A DNA stretch of 64,000 nucleotides, taken from NCBI GenBank assembly GCA_001817065.1, contig MHHQ01000015.1, positions 1,017 through 65,016 on the forward strand, in the 5' to 3' direction. Below the pieces are notes generated by a model. That model made no database searches, had not been told where the DNA came from, and saw nothing but the letters and a program-made list of their open reading frames with translations. Positions 37,959 through 47,206 of this stretch are shown here, in pieces. The DNA is from Candidatus Andersenbacteria bacterium RIFCSPHIGHO2_02_FULL_46_16. GTDB lineage: Bacteria > Patescibacteriota > Andersenbacteria > UBA10190. Positions within the stretch are counted from its first letter, which is position 1. Every line of letters starts with the position of its first letter. The position numbers and the translations under genes were made by a program.

Positions 37959-38087
37959 TACCGACTGTAGGCGAGGCTTACAGCAGCGAGGTTCGCTGGA
38001 GCGTGTGAACGTCAGAAAATACTTTGGTGGAATGAAAGAGGGGGATGAATGGGGTACACTGGTAATATGTCCGTGCACAAGGCCAGG

Positions 38088-41000
38088 ATGAAAATAAAAT
38101 ACGATCCCCCGACCAGATACGTCCGGTCGTCATTGCACTGGGGTACTATTTGTGTTTTGCTTGGTCTATTAGTAGCGGGGGGAATTAGGTATTTAACAAC
38201 CAGCCAACGGGCCGGGGCTTTAGATTTTACGACGCATTTATTAAGCGGCGATACTTCGGCAGTTGGTGTTTTGAGCGTCGAAGCGACAGATATTGATGAC
38301 GATGGGGATATTGATGCTATCACTTGCGGCAAAGATGGTTTGAAAGTATACAAGCAATTGACGGGCGTGACGTTCGAGGCGAAGCTGATTGACGACAAAG
38401 CTTGTGAACGGGTTATTGTGGCCGATTTAGACAAAGATGGAGCCAGTGATTTATTGCTCACTATGTGGGGCAGACAACCGAGCGTGCGATGGTACCGCAA
38501 CACGGGTAATGTGGAGTTTTCGGGAACTAATATCGGGACGGGGTCTGACGGCAAGGCGGCAGTGGGAGATGTGGACGGGGATGGAGCGCTGGACGTGGTA
38601 ACGGCCACAACGCAGGGATCGCTTGTTGTGCTGGAGCGATGGATGAATAATGGCAGTGGGAGCTTCACGTCAACCCAACTATCGGCGGATAGTGGAATAC
38701 AAGCTATAGCTATTGGTGATGTGGATGGTAATGGTTTTCGGGATGTTGTGACGAGTGGATCACAAGGGTTACAACGATGGCATACGTCGGATGGACTTGC
38801 TTTTTCCAGGATAGATTTGGATGACTCCCATACCGGACAAAGACATTTAGCGATTGGGGATATTAATAATGATAACAAGACAGACATAGTCGCTGCGGAG
38901 CCGGGAGGTAATCAGGTAATTTACTATCGCAATATAGATAAGTGGGCGTTTCAGCGGATAGACATCGGTTCGGATATCGATGCCACAACAGTACAAATTG
39001 TTGATTTAGACGAGGATGGTGATATGGATGTCCTGGCGGCGGCGCAGGATAATAATCTGATTGCCTGGTTTGATAATGACGGTAGTGATTCATTTACTAA
39101 ACGGACATTAGCAGAGGGGCTACAAAGTATTTTTGGCGTCAAGGCGGTTGATGTTGATAATGACAATGATTTTGATGTGATTGGCGGTAATCACATGCGC
39201 GGGACGGTGTATTGGTTTGAAAGGGTAGCAGCCAAACCGGTGGCTACCGAACCGGGCAGCATTACGCAAAGCACGGACGGAAAAGGAATAATCACTTTTA
39301 CTACAACAGTTTCTGACGGAGACTATGATGCGACGCGTATTAGGGTGCAATACTCGCTGGACGGCGTAAACTGGTATAAACCTTGGTTAACATCAGCTAG
39401 TCCGTCAGCTGGGGCAGTGAATTTAAAGAACAGCCATGGTTATCAAGTGGGTACGACCAATGCGATTGATACAAACGGCAATAGTGAAGTCACGGTGACG
39501 ATGAAATGGGATACTAAGTCGGCAGAAAATACCGGCGGACCGGTGACCGGTGAACAAGAATCAGTGCGTCTTAGAATTATCCCGCGTGATGCGGTGGGCA
39601 ATGGGGAAACGGTGGATAGTGATGTCTTTGAAATAGATAACCGGGGACCACTGACAACGGGAATGACAGTGAAGCAGCTGGCAAGCGATTTGGCAGATTT
39701 GGAATGGGGGAAGATAACTGATAATAGTGGAGCCGAATTCCAAATTTATTATGGAAGTGATGCGGCGAAAGTATTATCTAAAGATTCGGAGGTATGGGAT
39801 GGCAGTGATGATACGGCTCTAAGTGAGATGAGTGCTACTGGCACAACTATTACCGACTTAGCTGCTGACACGCTTTATACTTTTAAGCTGGTGCTGAAAG
39901 ATGCGTTTGGGAATGAGGCAAGCTTATCAAGTGTGACGGGTCGAACAACGAAGGATGGAACAAGTTTAGTCGTTACTCCCGGAGTTTCACCAAACACAAC
40001 ACCAGCAGCGACAGTTTCCGCAGAACCGTTACCAGAGACTACGATCTTACCTAGCACGGAACCGACTTTAATGCCAACGGCTACTTTGACAGCTTCTCCG
40101 GTGGTGACAATCAGGCCGACAGTATCACTGACACCAGAGATAGAAGAAACGAACTTACCGCCCCAGGCTGACGCAGGTGATGATTTAGTAGTAAATAATG
40201 GGGAATTAGTGATATTGGATGGTACGGCGTCTAGGGATCCGGAAGGGGCATCATTGATTTATAACTGGCGCCAAGTGGTGGGTAAGCCAGTTAGTTTATC
40301 GTCGAGCAATACTGCGACGCCTTCTTTTACGGCAAAACATGATGATGATTCGTACGTGTTTGCGTTGACAGTAAGAGATTTGGGCGGGAGGGTGGCGACA
40401 GACTCAGTTACTATTGTTACGAGACTACCATTAGTGCAAACAATCAAAAAACAAAATGTTGAACCAACTCAAACAACTAATAATATTCCCTTTATAGTAA
40501 GTGGGTTATTAGCGCCGGCTAATTATTTACTATTGTTTCTTGCCTTCTGTGTCACTGGAGTTGCTATTCAGGGCAGAATTCCCCACGTGCTGAAATTTAA
40601 TATTAAGCAATTGATAAGAAGAAAAACAGTACAGAAGACGATGAGCGAAATGCATGTCTTACGCGTCCTGGATTCCCAGAATGGTCGTCGGTTAGCCAAT
40701 GTGAAACTGCAAGTGAAGGGTATGGACGACAAGGTTTGGGGTAAGGCAGAAACGACGGAAAATGGCGAGGCGGCGTTACAATTGCCCGTTGGTCGGTATA
40801 GGGTGGAATTGCGAGGCGGTGCTTATTCATTTGCACAAGCTGGTTTGCAAATACCAGTGCAATCAGGGGAGGTTGTTTATACTGGAGGTAGTTTGCAAGT
40901 GAATCGACAAGATGAACCTATGACAATACTAGTACCACTAAAACGAGTGGTCGATGAAGTATTGTCATGGCGTATGAAACTATTAAAAAGTTGGCAATTC

Positions 41001-41459
41001 ATTCAGCGACGAAGCCATTTTTTGGCATGGCCTGTTTATATTGGTGGAGCAGGCTTGAATACAACATTGCTGTTATGGGTAGCGCAGCTGCAGTTTTTGA
41101 TAATTGAGGTGATTTACATAGCACTCGTGTTTATCAAGGTGTGGATAGAGATGAGACAGACGCCATCGTATGGGGTTGTCCGTGATGCGATATCACGTGT
41201 ACCGCTTGATTTAGCAGTAGTGCGTCTTTATGAAGAAAAGACAGGTAAACTTGTACTGACTAGAGCAACTAATGGGCAAGGCAAGTTTTTTGCTTTGCCT
41301 CCATCGGGAACATACACAGTGACGGTGACAAAGCCTGGGTATGCTACTTTTACTAGACATGATGTGATGGTAAATCGTGAGCAAAGCGGAGCATTACAGA
41401 TCCAGACTGATCTAATGCCGGTGGTACCTATAGCTAGACCTTTCATGGCAGCAGCATGA
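38088..41459 (+). CDS. Giant surface protein: FG-GAP/VCBS beta-propeller repeats, FN3/PKD-like domains, TM helices, C-terminal carboxypeptidase-regulatory-like domains
   Basis: Seven DxDxDGxxD calcium-binding-type loops (DIDDDGDID, DLDKDGASD, DVDGDGALD, ...); C-terminal RVLDSQNGRRLANVKLQVKG and VVRLYEEKTGKLVLTRATNGQGKF CarboxypepD_reg-like; ORF track 38049-41459. Confidence 0.65.
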   Translation: MKIKYDPPTRYVRSSLHWGTICVLLGLLVAGGIRYLTTSQRAGALDFTTHLLSGDTSAVGVLSVEATDIDDDGDIDAITCGKDGLKVYKQLTGVTFEAKLIDDKACERVIVADLDKDGASDLLLTMWGRQPSVRWYRNTGNVEFSGTNIGTGSDGKAAVGDVDGDGALDVVTATTQGSLVVLERWMNNGSGSFTSTQLSADSGIQAIAIGDVDGNGFRDVVTSGSQGLQRWHTSDGLAFSRIDLDDSHTGQRHLAIGDINNDNKTDIVAAEPGGNQVIYYRNIDKWAFQRIDIGSDIDATTVQIVDLDEDGDMDVLAAAQDNNLIAWFDNDGSDSFTKRTLAEGLQSIFGVKAVDVDNDNDFDVIGGNHMRGTVYWFERVAAKPVATEPGSITQSTDGKGIITFTTTVSDGDYDATRIRVQYSLDGVNWYKPWLTSASPSAGAVNLKNSHGYQVGTTNAIDTNGNSEVTVTMKWDTKSAENTGGPVTGEQESVRLRIIPRDAVGNGETVDSDVFEIDNRGPLTTGMTVKQLASDLADLEWGKITDNSGAEFQIYYGSDAAKVLSKDSEVWDGSDDTALSEMSATGTTITDLAADTLYTFKLVLKDAFGNEASLSSVTGRTTKDGTSLVVTPGVSPNTTPAATVSAEPLPETTILPSTEPTLMPTATLTASPVVTIRPTVSLTPEIEETNLPPQADAGDDLVVNNGELVILDGTASRDPEGASLIYNWRQVVGKPVSLSSSNTATPSFTAKHDDDSYVFALTVRDLGGRVATDSVTIVTRLPLVQTIKKQNVEPTQTTNNIPFIVSGLLAPANYLLLFLAFCVTGVAIQGRIPHVLKFNIKQLIRRKTVQKTMSEMHVLRVLDSQNGRRLANVKLQVKGMDDKVWGKAETTENGEAALQLPVGRYRVELRGGAYSFAQAGLQIPVQSGEVVYTGGSLQVNRQDEPMTILVPLKRVVDEVLSWRMKLLKSWQFIQRRSHFLAWPVYIGGAGLNTTLLLWVAQLQFLIIEVIYIALVFIKVWIEMRQTPSYGVVRDAISRVPLDLAVVRLYEEKTGKLVLTRATNGQGKFFALPPSGTYTVTVTKPGYATFTRHDVMVNREQSGALQIQTDLMPVVPIARPFMAAA

Positions 41460-41463
41460 GAAT

Positions 41464-41545
41464 CGAAAATCCGAAATCTACCTGAATGGATGTCTTCGGG
41501 AGAAACTAAAGAAATCCCTACCTACGGCAGGCAGGCCCAACAAAT
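41464..41545. repeat. A-rich mosaic repeat, copy 2 of the block seen at the leuS 3' end
   Basis: Sequence similarity to 37873-37957. Confidence 0.7.
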
Positions 41546-41664
41546 AAGAAGTCTATAAATCCAAATGTCCCTCCTTCGCATAAAGTTTTGGGTGACAAGT
41601 CGGAAGCGTAGGCAAAACACAAAACTATAAAACTTTATCCCAAAGGAACCCCCTAGGGGCAAAC

Positions 41665-41836
41665 TATGGAAGTCACATTATGAAATGCCACAAATATAGT
41701 GACGGGCCCTGTCGGCGCTGCCCCCCCACCCGACGGCTTCGGCCTGCCAGGCGGGCAGCCTGCAGGCGCTCGGTGGGGGTCCCCCGCGCCGCCACCCGTT
41801 TATTTAAGAGTGGCATTTCATAATGTGACATCTATA
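41665..41836. repeat. 172-bp GC-rich palindromic element, copy 2
   Basis: Differs from copies 1 and 3 by a single A to C change (gctgcccccccacc). Confidence 0.8.
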
Positions 41837-41946
41837 TAACAAATCGGTAACAAACTTTATAAACACTGGAATTATAATAATCAGCAGTTGCTTTATGGGG
41901 CAAAGATGTTTAAAAAGGTAATAACTAGTATTAATTACAAATATTT

Positions 41947-42654
41947 ATGAAAGCAGTTGTATTGGTGGCGGGGAAGGGGACGAGAATGGCTAAATATTAT
42001 GAGGGGCCTAAACATTTGTTGCCGGTGGCGGGCAAGACGGTAATCGAACACGCTTTAGATAACTTACCGGCAGAGATTGATGGGTTGGTGATGGTGGTAG
42101 GTGGCCCTCATGAGAATAAAATAAGGGATTTCTTTTCAGCGGGAGAGTATCAAGGGAGGCCAATCGAGTTTGTGGTACAGAAGGATCAGTTGGGTTTAGC
42201 GCATGCGTTTAAGTGCGCCGCACATCTCGTGGAAGGTCGCTGGCTTGGCATGGTGGGTGATGATATTTTTGGTCCCAAAGGGATGCAAGGACTGGTTGAT
42301 AATGACTTGGCCGTATTGGCCTCGCGGGTGGACCATCCGGAAAATTTTGGTGTTTTAGTAGGAGACGAGGAGGGGTTTTTGGTCAGGTCCTTGGAGAAAC
42401 CTAAGGAATTCATCTCCGACTTAGTATGGAATGGCGCGATGGTAATGGATCAATCTTTTTTTGAGATGGATATTGCGCCCTCCGCACGGGGAGAATATGA
42501 AACGCCGGATGTGTGGATGGAGTTGATAAAACGGGGAAGGAAAATAAAGATTGTCGAAGCAGATTTCTGGCTGCCGATTAACGACAAAGATCAGTTGGAA
42601 GAAGCGGAGAAAATAATAGAAGAAATCCGAAAGCTGAATAGAAATAAATCCTAA
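41947..42654 (+). CDS. Sugar-phosphate nucleotidyltransferase (NTP_transferase family)
   Basis: MKAVVLVAGKGTRM... N-terminal G-x-G-T-R nucleotide-binding signature. Confidence 0.7.
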   Translation: MKAVVLVAGKGTRMAKYYEGPKHLLPVAGKTVIEHALDNLPAEIDGLVMVVGGPHENKIRDFFSAGEYQGRPIEFVVQKDQLGLAHAFKCAAHLVEGRWLGMVGDDIFGPKGMQGLVDNDLAVLASRVDHPENFGVLVGDEEGFLVRSLEKPKEFISDLVWNGAMVMDQSFFEMDIAPSARGEYETPDVWMELIKRGRKIKIVEADFWLPINDKDQLEEAEKIIEEIRKLNRNKS

Positions 42655-42900
42655 ATACTTTGATTAAATGACCAATGTCCAATGACCAATGTCCAATCAA
42701 ATCCTAAATCCCAATGTCCAAAAACGCGTAAATTAATAGCACAAATTTCAAAGTCCAAACAAAACATAATGCTACAAACTCTACAAACCATAATAAATCG
42801 GTAACAAACCATAACACGCGGGAATCAAGGATGAAGAATAATGAATCAAGGAAGTGAAAAACGTAAAGCAAAAAGTGTAAAGCAACAGTGCAAAGTTTAA
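42655..42900. repeat. A-rich low-complexity mosaic repeat region
   Basis: aatgaccaatgtccaatgaccaatgtccaatcaaatcctaaatcccaatgtcc; related to 34030-34460 and 45690-45810. Confidence 0.65.
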
Positions 42901-43235
42901 AAATAGCGACGATACTGGTTTTCAGTAATAAGTTAATTTGTGAATTGAGCATAGTTTTTTCTTTCTGTCTTGGGTGGTACTACACTGCGATAAAATAATA
43001 ATTGTCTTTGATGCTGATCGGTTGGGCATGGTTTTGGCGCATAATTAACAGGTAGTTGGCCTATATCAGCCATTTATAAAAAGAGGGTTTCCAAAATATA
43101 GACCTATTTAAGTCTCAATTTTAAGTCATGCAACAAAGAAAAACTTGACATTATTGAGGTATTAAGGTAAGGTAATAGTTCTTGTTATTTGACAAACGAA
43201 TGGTGTTGTTGGCCATAGGGAAAAGGGAGGTCTAT

Positions 43236-43810
43236 ATGCTGAAAGTGTTTTTAAGGTTTCGCGGGATTTCGGATGATGTCAAAACGATATTTGATAAGGA
43301 GGCACCCTTTAAGAAGATTATTGCAGAAATGCAAGGGATCAGCATGCCAACTATCACTTCTTCTGTTCGTATGGCTACTAAGGGTAACTGCTCACTGGTC
43401 GAGGAGGACTATTGGCTAAGATAAGACGTTATAATTTTTCACTTTTAAGAAAACCTTCTTTTTCTGGCTCTAAATATGGCTTAACCTAGTAATCCACCCT
43501 TAACCGGTGAGCAGTTACTACTAAGGAATGCTCTGAAAATATCCAGAGACTTGTAGCAGCGGAGGGTGAAGCTAAAGATGTTGAAATTGAAATTGATGAT
43601 GTATCAATGAATCTTTATGGAGACAGCGATTTTTCCTTTGAAGTCGTTGGTGATGGGATCTGGTTGACAATTGGGGGTGGTCTTAAGCTATTCTTTCAAG
43701 GTAAAAGTGCGGGTTATTTTACGGAGGCAATGACTGGAATCCTAGGAACCTTGAGTCGACTAAATCATGTCATTAGCGATTTCCCTTTTAATCCTAAGGA
43801 AGATGATTAG
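43236..43810 (+). pseudogene. Gene for an approx. 144-aa hypothetical protein split by a MITE insertion
   Basis: Strong SD AAGGGAGG before ATG 43236; removing the element (43384-43518) plus one copy of the TSD joins ORF 43236-43424 in frame to ORF 43607-43810. Confidence 0.7.
43384..43518. mobile_element. 135-bp MITE (copy 2), TIRs gtaactgctcac/gtgagcagttac, 8-bp TSD TACTAAGG
   Basis: TACTAAGG at 43376-43383 and 43519-43526; element is about 97% identical to copy 1 at 10349-10483. Confidence 0.8.
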
Positions 43811-44008
43811 CCAGACGATGATAACGATGATGACCCGTTGTGAAAGCATTATGGCCATTCAGTTTAGACTGAGTGGCTTTTTATTTATTTAATACGAGAT
43901 TTACAGACGGAGCGGTAGACCCTCCTTCGTCTGTCAAATGGGCGGACTTCGGAAGGGTGGAAGGTACTCAATTCTCGTTGGTATATTTTGTTAAGTAATA
44001 CTGACAGG

Positions 44009-45349
44009 TCAACCTCTGCCTACGGAATGATAGACAAGGCCTTTGGCGGACATGTCGGATGGACTAAATAGATTGCGGCCATCGATTATGATTGGGTTCT
44101 TGAGGAGTTTGGATACTTTGTCCCAATTGGGTTCTTTAAATTCATCCCAATCGGTGAGAATCACCAGGGCGTCGGCATTCTTGAGCGGCTCATACATGTT
44201 TTTGCAGTAAGTTAGTTTGTTACCCAATTCGATTTTAGCAGTTGCGGTAGCTTCCGGGTCATATGCATGGACAGTGGCACCATCAGCGTGCAGATGTTCG
44301 ATAATTGGTACGGACGGAGCATTGCGCATGTCGTCAGTGTTGGGTTTAAAGGCAAGTCCCCAGACAGCGATTTTTTTACCTTTAATAACCCAGAGAGCTT
44401 GTTCTACTTTGAGCAGGAATGATTCACGTGCTTGTTGGTTGATCTTCTCCACTTCTTCTAATAGACCAAACTTATAACCTAGCTCCTCCGCGATGGTTAT
44501 AAAGGCCGAGACGTCTTTGGGGAAGCAAGAGCCGCCATAGCCGATGCCGGCGTTTAAAAAGTGGGTATTAATACGCGAGTCCATGCCCATACCCTGGGCG
44601 ACGCGGTCAATATTGGCGCCAGAGAGTTCACAAATTTTCGCTAAGGCGTTGGCAAAGGAGATTTTTAAGGCCAGGAATGAGTTACTGGCATGTTTAATAA
44701 GTTCAGCACTCTTAACGTCTGTGACGACGAAGGGGGCATCGATAGGGGCATAAATTTCCCGCATGATTTTTTCGGCGCGCTGGTTAGATACACCAACGAC
44801 AATTCGGTCAGGTTCCAGAAAATCTTTAATGGCCGATCCTTCTCGTAGAAATTCCGGGTTGCTGACAATGTCAAAGTCAATTTTAGCGCCTTTGTTATGG
44901 AGGCCACGTTTAGTATATTGCGTAATGGTTTGGGCAACCCTTTCTCCGGTCTGCACTGGGACGGTACTCTTATCTACGACAACTTTATAGCTGGTGGCGA
45001 CTTCGGCAATCTCGCGGGCGGCCGCGGCGACGTACGACAGGTCAGCTTTGCCAGTCGGCAGCGGTGGGGTGTTAACGGCAATAAAAATAACATCAGAATC
45101 ATTGACAGCATCTTTTAGACTGCTAGTGAAAGATAAGCGTTTAGCTTTGACGTTTTTAGCGACTAATTTGTCCAAGCCGGGCTCATAGATTGGCATGACA
45201 CCCTTTTTCAACTTAGCGATTTTTTCTTTGTTGTTGTCGACGAGAATTACTTGATGACCAATTTCAGCTAAGGCGGTACCGGAGACCAGACCAACATAGC
45301 CTGCGCCGATAAATGCTAGCTGATGTTTTTTAAATTTAGTTTTGGGCAT
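44009..45349 (-). CDS. Nucleotide-sugar dehydrogenase (UDP-glucose/GDP-mannose dehydrogenase family)
   Basis: N-terminal Rossmann segment AFIGAGYVGLVSGTALAEIGHQV, catalytic GGSCFPKD, and C-terminal UDP-binding domain. Confidence 0.85.
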   Translation of the reverse strand: MPKTKFKKHQLAFIGAGYVGLVSGTALAEIGHQVILVDNNKEKIAKLKKGVMPIYEPGLDKLVAKNVKAKRLSFTSSLKDAVNDSDVIFIAVNTPPLPTGKADLSYVAAAAREIAEVATSYKVVVDKSTVPVQTGERVAQTITQYTKRGLHNKGAKIDFDIVSNPEFLREGSAIKDFLEPDRIVVGVSNQRAEKIMREIYAPIDAPFVVTDVKSAELIKHASNSFLALKISFANALAKICELSGANIDRVAQGMGMDSRINTHFLNAGIGYGGSCFPKDVSAFITIAEELGYKFGLLEEVEKINQQARESFLLKVEQALWVIKGKKIAVWGLAFKPNTDDMRNAPSVPIIEHLHADGATVHAYDPEATATAKIELGNKLTYCKNMYEPLKNADALVILTDWDEFKEPNWDKVSKLLKNPIIIDGRNLFSPSDMSAKGLVYHSVGRG

Positions 45350-45463
45350 AGGATGCTTAAAATTGATAAAATCTTGATGGAAGGTGCTAGATAAGGTCGG
45401 ATTAGCCTAGTGCTAAACGACCAATAAGGGGCTTAAAATGTAAGGAAGCGCAATATAGAGAAC

Positions 45464-45635
45464 TATGGAAGTCACATTATGAAATGCCACAAATATAGTG
45501 ACGGGCCCTGTCGGCGCTGCACCCCCACCCGACGGCTTCGGCCTGCCAGGCGGGCAGCCTGCAGGCGCTCGGTGGGGGTCCCCCGCGCCGCCACCCGTTT
45601 ATTTAAGAGTGGCATTTCATAATGTGACATCTATA
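45464..45635. repeat. 172-bp GC-rich palindromic element, copy 3
   Basis: Identical to copy 1. Confidence 0.8.
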
Positions 45636-45689
45636 GGTCTTCTGACATGCGTCAAAGTTAGCAGAAGAAGGGGGAGGGGGCAAGAGGAA

Positions 45690-45810
45690 GGGGAATGAAT
45701 CAGAATGACCAATGATCAATGACCAATGCCCAATCAATGACAATGGTTAAAATTTTCAATTTCCAATTTTCAAATAAGTATCAAGGTATCAATTCTCAAA
45801 CAGTGAGGAA
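45690..45810. repeat. A-rich low-complexity mosaic repeat
   Basis: gaatgaccaatgatcaatgaccaatgcccaatcaatgac...caaataagtatcaaggtatcaattctcaaacagtga; 45761-45808 is similar to 34204-34248. Confidence 0.65.
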
Positions 45811-45900
45811 AGAGGGTTAGTAATATAAGGTTATCAGGAATGTTTGGTTCGATGAGCCTGAATAACATAGGAGCGGAGGGCGCCTGATGTTATACTGCAC

Positions 45901-47052
45901 ATGATGGGGTTGCGATATCTATTTGCGCTAAAGCCCAAGAAGGAACTGGTCGAACTATATTGGTTCTCTTTATTGTATTCCTTTGCGGCTTCGCTGATTC
46001 TAATTTTTGAACCAGTATTTTTCTACGTAGAAAATTTTTCTCTTGCCTGGATAGCTAGTTATTATGCGGCGCATTACATTTTATACCTGATTTTGTTGCC
46101 CTGGGGTGCGACTTTAACCGGTCGTTTTGGTCTAGAAAGGTCTCTGGCGATATCGATGCCCCTGTTCGTGGTTTATTTTTTAACTTTGGCTGCGATACCA
46201 ACCTTACCCGGGCTTTTTTATGTCTCTTGGATACTGTTAGCGCTATTTAAAACTTTTTATTGGCCGGCTTACCATGCAGAAATAAGCAAGTTTGGCGACA
46301 AGGGTAATTTGGGGACGGAAATATCTTGGCTGATGGCCATTAATAGCGGAATTGGTGTGCTAGGTCCTTTGATCGGCGGGCTGGTGGTGACGATGTTTGG
46401 TTTTCCGGTTTTATTTGTTATTGCAGCAGGCCTAGCCTTGTTTGCGGGATTTCCGCTGCTAAAGACTAAGGAACGATTTAATCCAGTAACACTTAAGTAC
46501 AATAAACCGTGGCAAATCTTGAACCAGGATGGCCAGCGGATGGTACGATGGGGCATGGCGGGATGGGGAGCGGATTTAGTTTATTTAGTTTTTTGGCCAA
46601 TCATGATGTTTACGGTTTTGGGTACGGCCGGGACGCTCGGTTTGATCTCATCCATCAATGCGATGATCATGACCGGGCTTGGTTTTTTTGTAGGTGAAGC
46701 GAGCGATCGGATGTCGAGGCGGAAAATTTTGCGTTTCCATTTGCCCTTCATGGCTATCGGTTATCTGCTGGGTCCTTTAGCGGGCGGGGCATTGCGGGTG
46801 TTTCTAACGGATACTTTGATGAAAGCATCGTATGTCGGGGTGCAACTACCGATGTGGCACAGGCTGTATCGGCGGGCAAGGCGGGTTGATCCACTGTTAT
46901 ACGCCACGGTACTGGAGATGCTGATTTGTATCTACAAGATACTGATTGCGTTAACATTGGTGGCTGTGTTCTCAATGACAACGCCGACCATTGGTCTTGG
47001 CGTTACGTTTATTATTGCCGCGGTGATGAGTCTTTTCTTCGTGTTTATATAA
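45901..47052 (+). CDS. Polytopic membrane protein (possible MFS-type transporter)
   Basis: ORF track; 10-12 hydrophobic segments. Confidence 0.35.
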   Translation: MMGLRYLFALKPKKELVELYWFSLLYSFAASLILIFEPVFFYVENFSLAWIASYYAAHYILYLILLPWGATLTGRFGLERSLAISMPLFVVYFLTLAAIPTLPGLFYVSWILLALFKTFYWPAYHAEISKFGDKGNLGTEISWLMAINSGIGVLGPLIGGLVVTMFGFPVLFVIAAGLALFAGFPLLKTKERFNPVTLKYNKPWQILNQDGQRMVRWGMAGWGADLVYLVFWPIMMFTVLGTAGTLGLISSINAMIMTGLGFFVGEASDRMSRRKILRFHLPFMAIGYLLGPLAGGALRVFLTDTLMKASYVGVQLPMWHRLYRRARRVDPLLYATVLEMLICIYKILIALTLVAVFSMTTPTIGLGVTFIIAAVMSLFFVFI

Positions 47053-47206
47053 AGAGGCTTAAGTAAAACGGGTTTAAGTGAAGAGGCAAAAAATAAGGAA
47101 TATTTTAGCAGGTCGCTAAAAGATTGGAAATTATTATTAGTGGAATGGAAGCAATAAAAAAGCAGCTTCGTCCGTGATGACCTGGTGCTGCTGGACCAGT
47201 GGTTGA

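Noticed and set aside
43182-43424. Stand-alone 80-aa ORF and separate 67-aa ORF 43607-43810 as two independent genes
   Set aside because: They are two halves of one gene separated by a MITE plus target-site duplication, and the downstream half has no start signals of its own.
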